Source: an uncultured virus (IMG/VR IMGVR_UViG_3300031857_009768) | Lineage: Duplodnaviria; Heunggongvirae; Uroviricota; Caudoviricetes | Reading direction: 5' to 3' (one strand) | DNA length: 64,000 nt | IMG/VR virus record: IMGVR_UViG_3300031857_009768 | Shown here: piece by piece, positions 17,929-26,959 of the stretch | How the letters are laid out: the number at the start of each line of letters is the position of its first letter | Numbering within the stretch: the stretch's first letter is position 1 | Notes under the pieces: generated by a model | Databases searched by the model: none | Seen by the model: the letters and a program-made list of their open reading frames with translations, nothing else | What the model was told of the DNA's origin: nothing | Program-made: the position numbers and the translations under genes

Positions 17929-18656
17929 TTTGCACCTAGTGTTTGCCTTGCTATCTCAATACCGTATTCTTGTGGACTGCCTAGCACAATCGTTTCTTGA
18001 TTACTACCAAGAGGATTCATAAACACTTGCTTATTAGATTGTATCATACTTTGTATCACATCAGCAATATACAATTCGCCATCTTTTTCGGCTAAATTGT
18101 TGTAATATTCCAAATACATATTACCGGTAAGAAATCCATAAAAGCCTGATGATGCGTATGGAGAGATTTGTTTCTTCTCTACAATTTCAATTACCGTATT
18201 TTCAAACGCACGAACATAAGAATATTTTGGTGAATTGCCGACAAACACATCAATATAGGCATCATGCTTTGCGGTCAAGTCATCGGCAATAAAATCTATG
18301 CGCCGACCAGTAATGATTGTGTCAGCATTGTGTACGAATGTTGGTAAGTTCTTGTTGTTCAGTTGTTCAATACCAATTGCTGCTGTATGTGCTTGACCTT
18401 TTGTGTCACCAATGTATAGAATATTGCTTTCATTCCAACCTAGTGGTTGAATTGCTTCAACAAGTTGATCTTTGAAATAAATGTCTCTCTTATTGGCCAC
18501 AAGAATCAGTTGTGTAACCCAACCAAGATTCTTCAAAATATCATATATGATTGTCTTGTCATTCCATGGCAAAAGATATTTTGGTATATCAAAGCCAACA
18601 TCATGAAATCGGGTGTTGTATCCCGCCATACAGATTATGAGATTCATTTGAGCCAT
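17925..18656 (-). CDS. Sugar-phosphate nucleotidyltransferase
   Basis: CMAGYNTRF...PKYLL, TKGQA, NADT, VEKK, ELYIA, LGSP. Confidence 0.85.
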   Translation of the reverse strand: MAQMNLIICMAGYNTRFHDVGFDIPKYLLPWNDKTIIYDILKNLGWVTQLILVANKRDIYFKDQLVEAIQPLGWNESNILYIGDTKGQAHTAAIGIEQLNNKNLPTFVHNADTIITGRRIDFIADDLTAKHDAYIDVFVGNSPKYSYVRAFENTVIEIVEKKQISPYASSGFYGFLTGNMYLEYYNNLAEKDGELYIADVIQSMIQSNKQVFMNPLGSNQETIVLGSPQEYGIEIARQTLGAK

Positions 18657-19357
18657 TCTTCCATATCTTCACGCAACAATGAGTGCCATGTACCATTATA
18701 TGGTCCTGGTAGGAAAGGATGATTCACATCACAGTATACAAGATTCTCACCAACAAGATTATTTCTTTTCCAGTTAGCACTCATGAAATCTTCCATCATG
18801 TACTGTACACCTGAATTGTAAAACTCATCAATATGATTATACGCATCAGCATACTTGTCCATGTTTTCTGATGAAGAGAAAGCAAACTGATCATTACCAA
18901 AATCACGATTTGGTGTCATGCGACAATTTGGTATGTGTAGTTTACTGTTATCTAATTCTTCAAATGGTATACGAGTATTGATAGCAAAGTCAAATCGTGA
19001 ACGAATGACCCAATCAAACTTCATTTCAAAGTATTTTTCATATTCATACTTTGTTCGCATACACTCTTTGATAGCATATAACTGAGCATACGTTGACATA
19101 CGACCATCTTTCACTTTCCAGTTTGGTGATGGTGGTGGTGTGTTTGTGTATTTTGATAAATCAACTGTGGGATTTGGCGATGTAATAAAACTATGAGCAT
19201 TGTATTTCGTGGAGATTTCTCTCATCTGTTCAGCGGACATTTCCCATGAATGTAGAAATACAGTTACATCATTACCTTTGATAATGTTTTTGTAATGATA
19301 TTCGTAGCCTTGTTCCCACATTCTTGGTTGGCCAGAAATACAGAGTGCTATTCTCAT
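18644..19357 (-). CDS. Putative glycosyltransferase-like protein
   Basis: IALCISGQPR, VFLHSW, FDWVIRSRFD, NDQFAF pattern recalled from glycan loci. Confidence 0.55.
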   Translation of the reverse strand: MRIALCISGQPRMWEQGYEYHYKNIIKGNDVTVFLHSWEMSAEQMREISTKYNAHSFITSPNPTVDLSKYTNTPPPSPNWKVKDGRMSTYAQLYAIKECMRTKYEYEKYFEMKFDWVIRSRFDFAINTRIPFEELDNSKLHIPNCRMTPNRDFGNDQFAFSSSENMDKYADAYNHIDEFYNSGVQYMMEDFMSANWKRNNLVGENLVYCDVNHPFLPGPYNGTWHSLLREDMEEWLK

Positions 19358-20046
19358 AGTTCACGCCCCACATTTGCTTTGTTGTCTGTAATGCCAAATG
19401 GTTTTAGTTGTTCTTTCTCCATCACAACCATGCTGTTATAAAATGCTACAGAGTATAGATTGTGATACACATCTAATGCTTCTTGTGAAATTGGTGAACC
19501 TTGAAAGTGTTGCTGATTGACAATATCAGTAGCCCGTTTACAATGCTCTGTGAATGTGCCAGCACCACGAAATACACCACCCCATGGTTGTGGCCAATAA
19601 CTTGTATGGGTATCTTCACAAATGTATACACCACCTTCTTTGATGTGTGGAAAAACTTTGTTGAGTGTAGTAATTTGATGATTCATTACATGTGAGCCAT
19701 CATCAATAACGATATCAAATTTGTTTTGTGTTTTGAGAAACTCTGACCAAAACTCAGGATCACTTTGATCGCCCATCACAATTTTTACATCACCAGTATA
19801 TTCGTACTTCAAACATTCTTCATTGATGTCTATGGCAACGACTGATGTATCTGGTCCAAAGTATTTTAGCCACATTTCAATCGAACCACCACCAAGCACA
19901 CCAATTTCAAGTATGCGTGGTGCTTTACCCACAAACTTCTTTAGATGTCTTTCATAAACATCAAAGTAGCCTGACCATTTAGTGGATGGTTTTTCTAATT
20001 CCCAAAATAGTTCTTTGATTCTATTTGTCGTCATATTTTGCCTCAA
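19354..20046 (-). CDS. Class I SAM O-methyltransferase (MycE-like sugar methyltransferase)
   Basis: LEIGVLGGGS, GDQSD, DIVIDDGSH, GGVYICED. Confidence 0.88.
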   Translation of the reverse strand: MRQNMTTNRIKELFWELEKPSTKWSGYFDVYERHLKKFVGKAPRILEIGVLGGGSIEMWLKYFGPDTSVVAIDINEECLKYEYTGDVKIVMGDQSDPEFWSEFLKTQNKFDIVIDDGSHVMNHQITTLNKVFPHIKEGGVYICEDTHTSYWPQPWGGVFRGAGTFTEHCKRATDIVNQQHFQGSPISQEALDVYHNLYSVAFYNSMVVMEKEQLKPFGITDNKANVGREL

Positions 20047-20863
20047 TCACTTTCTTCCATTCTGGCACACGATCATACTGATGTACAATAGTATACTCTA
20101 TTCCTGTTGAAGTTACAACCTTGTCACCCTCTAATTTCGGTGATGGTTCTAATAGATGTGGTCTGAATTGATCAATCTTACTTGGATCGGCAGTAGTACC
20201 TAATTGACACGCCCAACCGTATTCTGATTCGGTATACATTGACGAATCAATATAGGGATGTCTTGAAACCATTACATTGAATACTGCTTGGTCAACAATT
20301 GGTATTGGTCTATTGATACAGTTTAGGAACAACTGTAAAGTTAAATCTCTCATCGCATAACCACGACCAGCAAGAACACCGACATTGAAGATCGTGTTGT
20401 TCTTGAAGTCATCATAGATACCTTGACCATAACACTGTGTTAGATTCTCACGACCCCATGGCTCATCTTTATATTTCATGCTTTCGGAAGAAAATACCAA
20501 ATCTTCTTGTTTAGATAGATTTTCTTCTAACCATTCAACAGGATTTTTTTGAAAGATAACATCTCTTACGTCAGTAGTAATCACGTAACGATAATCATTG
20601 CTTTTGAGTAATTTGTAAATGTGAACAAAACGCTCAACATGAACCATAAGATTCGATTGATACGTCAAATTACCTTCAGTGTCTTGATTGAATGCTATGA
20701 TTGAGAAGCCTGCGTCAGATACCTTTTGTACAGTATCTTTGTCGCAGTTCATGAGAATCAGAACTTTGTCACCTTCAAAGCCTGATGCGTTGATTGAATT
20801 AATCCAATACTTTATTTTTGACCAATCGTAGTTGGTCGAACAACCCACTATCAAATCCTTCAT
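20021..20863 (-). CDS. Putative GT-A fold glycosyltransferase
   Basis: TDVRDVIFQKNP, NVGVLAG, DQAVFN, IVHQYDR. Confidence 0.65.
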   Translation of the reverse strand: MKDLIVGCSTNYDWSKIKYWINSINASGFEGDKVLILMNCDKDTVQKVSDAGFSIIAFNQDTEGNLTYQSNLMVHVERFVHIYKLLKSNDYRYVITTDVRDVIFQKNPVEWLEENLSKQEDLVFSSESMKYKDEPWGRENLTQCYGQGIYDDFKNNTIFNVGVLAGRGYAMRDLTLQLFLNCINRPIPIVDQAVFNVMVSRHPYIDSSMYTESEYGWACQLGTTADPSKIDQFRPHLLEPSPKLEGDKVVTSTGIEYTIVHQYDRVPEWKKVIEAKYDDK

Positions 20864-20878
20864 AATATCTCCAATAAT

Positions 20879-21064
20879 TTATTTTATGTCAGTTTCTTTC
20901 CAGCTTCCTGTGTATTTTTTGTATTGTTGTTGACTTTGACCAGGAGTGTCATCGAGATATTTAGCAGTGAGTTCTGGTCTTCCCCACTCACCACCGCCAG
21001 CCTTAGACACAAACTCTTGTCTACTGTCTTTGTTTGCCTTCAGATAATCTTTGAATGTTTTCAT
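20879..21064 (-). CDS. Small protein with capsid-targeting-like N-terminus
   Basis: Start [13 protein letters not shown] overlap with erpA stop; [10 protein letters not shown]...DTPGQ. Confidence 0.6.
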   Translation of the reverse strand: MKTFKDYLKANKDSRQEFVSKAGGGEWGRPELTAKYLDDTPGQSQQQYKKYTGSWKETDIK

Positions 21065-21384
21065 ATCGTGAATGAAGAACCGCAACCGCACGTTGCGGTC
21101 ACGTTTGGATTTTTGATTGTAAATGAAGCACCCATCAAATCTTCTTTATAATCAATCACAGCTTCATTCATATATTGCATACTCATACTATCTATGACAA
21201 CTCCAACACCATCTCTTTCAAATGTAAAGTCATCGTCTGCTACTGGCAATTCTTCTAGTGTAAATCCATACTGAAAGCCAGAACAACCACCACCCTGAAC
21301 GAACACTCTCAACTTCAAGTCGGGGTCTTCTTCAGCAATAATTGTTTTGATTTTCTTTACAGCAGAATCAGATATAGTAACCAT
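21061..21384 (-). CDS. erpA: A-type Fe-S cluster carrier (ErpA/IscA family)
   Basis: [17 protein letters not shown] and [14 protein letters not shown]. Confidence 0.9.
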   Translation of the reverse strand: MVTISDSAVKKIKTIIAEEDPDLKLRVFVQGGGCSGFQYGFTLEELPVADDDFTFERDGVGVVIDSMSMQYMNEAVIDYKEDLMGASFTIKNPNVTATCGCGSSFTI

Positions 21385-21659
21385 TATCCCCTCGTCAATG
21401 TCAATACTTTTTGCATTTGTTTCTCAATAATTGGACCACGATTCGGCCAGTGAATGTATGGTTGACTTGCTGTCTTGTACAGATTTGTCAGAAATGGCAT
21501 GATGATCTTCTCTACTTGCTGAAGTCTTGCTTTATACTCTTCAACAGTTTCGTCTTTCTCAGCAATGACCGCTTGATATTCAACTTCATCAACTGTGCTG
21601 AAACCGAAATCAAAGGAATCTCCATATTCCTGCATTATTTTTTGTAAATCTATGCTCAT
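21384..21659 (-). CDS. Conserved phage hypothetical protein
   Basis: [10 protein letters not shown]...IMPFLTNL...YIHWPNR; coupled to erpA. Confidence 0.65.
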   Translation of the reverse strand: MSIDLQKIMQEYGDSFDFGFSTVDEVEYQAVIAEKDETVEEYKARLQQVEKIIMPFLTNLYKTASQPYIHWPNRGPIIEKQMQKVLTLTRG

Positions 21660-21673
21660 AAAATACCTTTTTT

Positions 21674-21681
21674 TATAAATA
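21674..21681 (+). promoter_or_regulatory. T4-type late promoter for the homing endonuclease
   Basis: Exact TATAAATA on plus strand 59 nt before the ATG at 21740. Confidence 0.75.
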
Positions 21682-21739
21682 GTTGTGGATCGCCGGACTG
21701 GAACTCCGCACCCACTCTAACATGAAAGGCCATGTCAGC

Positions 21740-22312
21740 ATGAATATTTATTCTATCTATAAAGCAACAAACAACAAAAATCAAAAAGTTTATATTGGTT
21801 TCGATTCTCAGTGGCCTCATAGAAAAAATAGTCACAAGTGTTATCATAAAAAAGGTAATAATAAGTTTTATCGTGCCATTCGCAAATATGGATGGGATTC
21901 TTTTGATTGGGAAGTGATATATCAATCAAAAGATTTTGAACACACCCTAAAAATTATGGAATCTTTTTTCATTGAGCAATATAATTCATTTAAAAACGGC
22001 TATAATTCAACTCTTGGTGGTGAAGGAACTTTTGGTATAAAAAGAAAAAATCAAAAAGTATCATATAATCATAATGGTTGGGTTGGCAAAAAACACACTG
22101 AAGAAACCAAAAAACTTATGTCAGAAAACATGCGTGGAGTAAAAAAACCTAATGCAAATCAAAAAGGTGAAAAAAATAATAATGCTAAAAAAATTCAAAC
22201 TCCTTACGGCATATTCGGCAGCATTAGTGACGCATCTAAGAAAATAAATGGTTTCACTTATAGTATGATATGGAGTAGGCTACAAAAAAATGAAGACTGG
22301 TACTATATCTAA
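21740..22312 (+). mobile_element. Free-standing GIY-YIG homing endonuclease (Seg-like) with NUMOD3 motif
   Basis: SIYKATN...VYIG, GYNSTLGGEG, GKKHTEETKKLMS; only convincing plus-strand gene; visibly A-rich. Confidence 0.88.
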
Positions 22313-22316
22313 TCTA

Positions 22317-23540
22317 TCAACTAGACCAATTTTTTGCGGCGTTAAAGTTTTGTCTACTGAACTCAAGTCTATCTACCAGTTTCAATGCTTTACCAAGATG
22401 ATCAACTGCAACGAAACCTTCTGGTGCTGTGATACGGAAGCCATCATCTGTGCGAACAAATGTGCCAATACTCTTGATAGTTTCCAACTTGCGAATGATC
22501 ATCAACTTGGCATCAACAATCAGATTCATCAAGTCGAATGCTAGTTTCAATTGAATCGCATTTGAACGATAGAAACGCATCACTTCATTTTTTTCTTTGA
22601 TGCGTTTTTGTTTCGTGTCTTCTTTCTTTGCTGCCAGAATTTCTTTGTTCAGTTTTGCTTCTACGTAGTTAATTAACTCTTGTGTATGAACTCTAGTGTC
22701 AGCAATCTTTTTACCTTCACGAACTTTTGTGTTATTGAATGTTTTGATCTGTGTAAGAAAAACATCCGATGCAGCAATACGATTCAATGTCAATGCTGGT
22801 ATCGATTGAAACACTCTGCCAGCGTTTGATAGAATAGATGTAATTGCTGCTGTTTCTTCTTCAGTGAACGTGACAGAGCCAGAAGCATCGGTAAATGAAG
22901 CATCACGGAACCAAACATCTTTAGTTGGCTTCAAATGACCAATATCAATGTTGAATGATGCTTTCATTGACTCTAATGTTTTACCAGAGTATGATGTGTG
23001 AAACACGACACCAATCTGTGCGGCTGTCATTGCTTGTGCTAACTTAGATTTCGTTGGCACAGCATATACAATTGTGTTTGGCTGAAAGATAATATATTCT
23101 TCACCATCAATCTTTTCACGCTTGATATCGCCTTTGCTGAACATCATATCACCCTGTAGTACACCCTTGATGCCTAACTTAGGTAAGAATGCCAAAGCAA
23201 GTTTCAATTTTTCATTTAAGCCACTACCAGGATGATTCGCATCGATATCTTCATCAGTATAATTCAATTTTGCATTTTTAGCAAATACTGATTTTGTACC
23301 AACAAAGAATTTGCCGTTCTCTGGGTTTGTACCAGCAAAGATAGCAGGAGCGCCATCCCACTTTGTAGTCACATTCATTTTTGAGCCTGTGTGACCAGCA
23401 AGCATATTGCGTAAAGAACGGAGAAATTCTATTGCTTCACGTGCGCCTGATACGCCGGCGTTTAATACATTATCTTCAAGATGTTCGAGGTGAACATTCT
23501 TGCCTTCTTTACTCTCTTTTAAATATTCCATGAATTTCAT
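22317..23540 (-). CDS. Conserved T4-like protein with ligase-type nucleotidyltransferase motifs (DUF6267-like)
   Basis: HLEHLED, TTKWDGAPA (KxDG), QGD, PEGFV, KLVDR; MKFMEYLKE leader. Confidence 0.7.
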   Translation of the reverse strand: MKFMEYLKESKEGKNVHLEHLEDNVLNAGVSGAREAIEFLRSLRNMLAGHTGSKMNVTTKWDGAPAIFAGTNPENGKFFVGTKSVFAKNAKLNYTDEDIDANHPGSGLNEKLKLALAFLPKLGIKGVLQGDMMFSKGDIKREKIDGEEYIIFQPNTIVYAVPTKSKLAQAMTAAQIGVVFHTSYSGKTLESMKASFNIDIGHLKPTKDVWFRDASFTDASGSVTFTEEETAAITSILSNAGRVFQSIPALTLNRIAASDVFLTQIKTFNNTKVREGKKIADTRVHTQELINYVEAKLNKEILAAKKEDTKQKRIKEKNEVMRFYRSNAIQLKLAFDLMNLIVDAKLMIIRKLETIKSIGTFVRTDDGFRITAPEGFVAVDHLGKALKLVDRLEFSRQNFNAAKNWSS

Positions 23541-24733
23541 TTTTTTGTAAAAGCACCCATCTTTATAAATGCGTTAGTCTTACCTTGTGGATTTTTGCCA
23601 CCAGTGTCTGTAAAAGTTATATTGCCATCAACAATGATTTGACCGTTTGGTGATTTAAAAATAATGTTTGCGTTGTTTGTTTGTTTGTTGCGTTCAAGTG
23701 TCAAAGTAAATTCACTTTGAAGTTGCTCTAACATTTGACGTAGTTCTTTTGATTTTCTAGAAGAAAGCACTTTTTGCTTTTTATCTCCAATAGCAGCATA
23801 AAAATCATCTTCACTATCTAAACCCAAAATTTTGAGAACACGTTTATTAATCTCTTCTTTGTTATTCTTGTAGTAACGATTGAAAATGCCTACAATCAGT
23901 TCAATAACTTCACCATGTGTCTTCTTAGCATCTAGCCGAGCGGCTTCTTTTGTCTTACCTTTTTCCATTTTTGTTTTGATGATGCCTTGTAGTTCATAAA
24001 GGCGATCTAAATCTTTCTTTGAACCATAATCTTGAGCAAATTTTTGTATGAACACTTGAGAGTTTTTAGTGTCGAATGAACCCTCATCATAAAACAAATC
24101 TTTAACTAAAGATATAAAAGTTTTGTTTGCTAAGTTTATGTTCGCACTCTTGTATGCTTTTAGTGAAGCACTGATGCGGTCAACAATTTCACGCTTACTC
24201 ATTTTACCAACAGTAAGAATCAAATCAGACTTGCTGATACCCTTCTCTTCTACACCAGTAAGATGAATGTCGAATTGTAAGGTATTAAAATCGTTGTCGT
24301 TCAAAATGACATCATTGAAAATTTGATTAGCCAGTGATGAACCAGCAGATTCCATTCTGGCCATTTCGCCAGGTAAAGCCTTTCTATCTTTGTCTTTCAT
24401 GTCGGCAGCAAGAATTTCTTTTTTCTTCTGAAGCATTTGCGCTTTAAGCACAGAAGGTTTTGATCGTTCTGTAGTTAGATTGCCTCCGGCTTGTTCAATC
24501 AATTTCGACAATTCATACCCTGTCACATATTCAGAGTAATAACCTAGCCGAGACTTCAAATCAATTGTTTCTTCGTTCATCATGTTCATGTTAATTCTCA
24601 CAGAAATTTTTTTACCAAAATCAAGACTACTTATCGCACTTTTAATTTTATCGACAATTCTTGTGAACAACGATTTCAGAGGCTTCAGAAAATTAAATGA
24701 AACTTCTGTTATTAGAGACTTATATGGCTTCAT
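23537..24733 (-). CDS. Hypothetical protein, possible PD-(D/E)xK-like nuclease
   Basis: KSDLILTV...ISASLKAY pattern; MKPYKSLITE leader. Confidence 0.45.
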   Translation of the reverse strand: MKPYKSLITEVSFNFLKPLKSLFTRIVDKIKSAISSLDFGKKISVRINMNMMNEETIDLKSRLGYYSEYVTGYELSKLIEQAGGNLTTERSKPSVLKAQMLQKKKEILAADMKDKDRKALPGEMARMESAGSSLANQIFNDVILNDNDFNTLQFDIHLTGVEEKGISKSDLILTVGKMSKREIVDRISASLKAYKSANINLANKTFISLVKDLFYDEGSFDTKNSQVFIQKFAQDYGSKKDLDRLYELQGIIKTKMEKGKTKEAARLDAKKTHGEVIELIVGIFNRYYKNNKEEINKRVLKILGLDSEDDFYAAIGDKKQKVLSSRKSKELRQMLEQLQSEFTLTLERNKQTNNANIIFKSPNGQIIVDGNITFTDTGGKNPQGKTNAFIKMGAFTKK

Positions 24734-24775
24734 GTATCTTGCCTTCCATACTTTTCTTTAGACATTCTTTGAATT

Positions 24776-25528
24776 TTATATGTCGAAACATTTTAGATTC
24801 AATTCTTTGGTTATTATGTTCACATTTTTTCCATCGACTGGAGCAATATTGAAAGGTGATTTTTTTGCTGAAGGTATTGCAAACTGCATTTCAAATGTAA
24901 ACTGATAATTGCCGCTTCCTTTATATTGTACACGTGCACGATATGTTGCTTTTGCTGATTTACCAAACATAGGAACATCTTTTAATTTTAATGGATTTTT
25001 TGAACCCATCAAATAGAAACCGTGTGTTCCCACATTTACATAGTATGTGGCTTTTTTATTATAATATTGTTCAATTTTAGTTGCTGATATTTCTCCACGA
25101 ATATCTTTGAACGTATCACGATCACGCTCATATCTTTGTTGCGGTGTCATTTTACCAGCAGTTGTTTCCCATTTTAAATCTTTATCACGTTTATAAGGAA
25201 TTTCTTTCCATTGTTTCTTAATAATCTCAAACAAACCGACTTCTTCAGCAAGTTCTTTGATGAACATTTTTTCTTCATCATCTTTTTTAATGTCGCCAAA
25301 TTTCCACGGATTCTTCTTGTCAGACGAATCATACTTCAATACTAAAGAACCAGCGGATGCGGCAGTGATCTTCAATTCACAACCAGCTTTGATTTTTTTA
25401 TACTCTAACATCAAGTCTGGCTGATCGTGGCCCGCACCAGCTGGAACAAAACTTTTAGGAACTAATCCTATTGGTTTCAAAATCTTTGCAGCATTAATTT
25501 CGTATTGAAATCCCTGTTGAGCAGCCAT
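24776..25528 (-). CDS. Putative PD-(D/E)xK nuclease
   Basis: GFQYE...QPDLML...GCELK fits E-PD-ExK. Confidence 0.6.
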   Translation of the reverse strand: MAAQQGFQYEINAAKILKPIGLVPKSFVPAGAGHDQPDLMLEYKKIKAGCELKITAASAGSLVLKYDSSDKKNPWKFGDIKKDDEEKMFIKELAEEVGLFEIIKKQWKEIPYKRDKDLKWETTAGKMTPQQRYERDRDTFKDIRGEISATKIEQYYNKKATYYVNVGTHGFYLMGSKNPLKLKDVPMFGKSAKATYRARVQYKGSGNYQFTFEMQFAIPSAKKSPFNIAPVDGKNVNIITKELNLKCFDI

Positions 25529-25549
25529 TAAAAAATCTCCTTAATGGCA

Positions 25550-25557
25550 TATTTATA
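25550..25557 (-). promoter_or_regulatory. T4-type late promoter TATAAATA
   Basis: Exact match overlapping the gp41 stop, followed by AAGGAG and ATG at 25528. Confidence 0.75.
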
Positions 25558-26959
25558 CTTTAAAACCTCCGAACTTATTCTTCATTCCAGACTGTCTCTC
25601 ACGGTCACCAAAACTGTTCAGCGGCTTGTCATCGACTTGTCCGGTGTCTACCAAATCATCTTGAGCCGACTGTTCTACATCATACAGCTTCATCTTGGCT
25701 CTGTCAATACCCACAACGAATCTTTTGAAATAGTTGGGATCATTGTAACGATTCTTTAGTTGCTTAATTAGTATCTGATTCAATTGTTGCAACTCTTCGG
25801 TACTTATCAAAGCAAACATAAAGTCGGCTGTGGCTGGCAGACCAAACGATTCTGATGTATCTTCCAAGCCTGGATCCGAGCTGGTGAAGCCGCTTCTGGT
25901 AGTCTGGGTAGCAGATACTATGGGAACATCAAACTCGACGGCCAGACCCCTCAGTTCTTCTGCAATCGCCTTAACATAAGAATAACTATTTACATTAGCA
26001 CCAGGCTTGATTCTGGCACTTGCACAAATGTTAAGATAGTCGATGAAGATGATGTCAGGTTTGAAACTCTTTTTTAGTTGTAATTCATTTAACAATGCTC
26101 GAAAGTGAAGGGCTGATGCTGCTGCTGTTGGATACTCTTTGATGATAAGTTTACCATGTGTGTTGACTTTGAGTGCGGAGAACTTGCGGTCATAGTCTTG
26201 CTTAGAGATTGAATTCAAATCAGCAATATCAATGTTCAGTAGATTCGCATCAATACGTTCAGCAATTCTTTCTTCGGCCATTTCCATGGTGATATACAAA
26301 ACATTCAGACCTTGGGCTAGACAAGAACCAGCAACGTGACACATGAACAATGATTTACCAACACCTGTACCAGCAAGAGCAATGTTTAGTGTTTTCTTTG
26401 GCAAACCACCTTTAGTAATCTTATTGAACAAATCAAGATCAAATGGTATCTTTGTTTCATGGCGATGATAGAACTCAAATCGATTGTCAGAGTCATCGAT
26501 ATAATCGTGACCAACAGACCTATCAAACGACACACCAAGTGCGTCACTCAATAGTTTTGGTATCATACCTTTATCTTCTTTATTTGCCTTATCATCAAGA
26601 ATGTTAACAGACTTCATGATGGCATTGTAGATTGCTTTGTCTTGACAAAACTTTTCAGTTTGCTTAATAAGCCAATCTATGTCTGTTGGATCGTTTTTCT
26701 CAGCGTTAATCTCACGAATCATTTCAACTGCTTTTCTGACCTGGTCTTCAGTCAGTTTACGTGATTCAGTAAAATTGATGACAAGTGATTCGTAGGTAGG
26801 AAGATGTTTGAACTGCTCTACGTGGTCGTTGATTTCGTCGAACAGAATTTTTTCTGTTGAGTCTGTGAAGTATTCAGTTTTTATGAATGGAATAATTTTT
26901 CTTGTGAAGTCTTCATTGAAAATTAAGTTCTTCAGTATGGTAGTTTCGAGTCTTTTCAT
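25553..26959 (-). CDS. gp41: Replicative DnaB-like helicase
   Basis: AGTGVGKS, IIKEYPT, FIDYLNI, SESFGLPATAD, KQLKNRY. Confidence 0.96.
   Translation of the reverse strand: MKRLETTILKNLIFNEDFTRKIIPFIKTEYFTDSTEKILFDEINDHVEQFKHLPTYESLVINFTESRKLTEDQVRKAVEMIREINAEKNDPTDIDWLIKQTEKFCQDKAIYNAIMKSVNILDDKANKEDKGMIPKLLSDALGVSFDRSVGHDYIDDSDNRFEFYHRHETKIPFDLDLFNKITKGGLPKKTLNIALAGTGVGKSLFMCHVAGSCLAQGLNVLYITMEMAEERIAERIDANLLNIDIADLNSISKQDYDRKFSALKVNTHGKLIIKEYPTAAASALHFRALLNELQLKKSFKPDIIFIDYLNICASARIKPGANVNSYSYVKAIAEELRGLAVEFDVPIVSATQTTRSGFTSSDPGLEDTSESFGLPATADFMFALISTEELQQLNQILIKQLKNRYNDPNYFKRFVVGIDRAKMKLYDVEQSAQDDLVDTGQVDDKPLNSFGDRERQSGMKNKFGGFKV

Noticed and set aside
21683..21739. N-terminal extension of the endonuclease ORF in the track
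   Set aside because: Starts 2 nt after the late promoter; the ATG at 21740 has an SD and begins at the GIY motif
21656..21925. 89-aa minus-strand ORF
   Set aside because: Antisense to the GIY-YIG gene and its leader; hydrophobicity reflects the A-rich opposite strand
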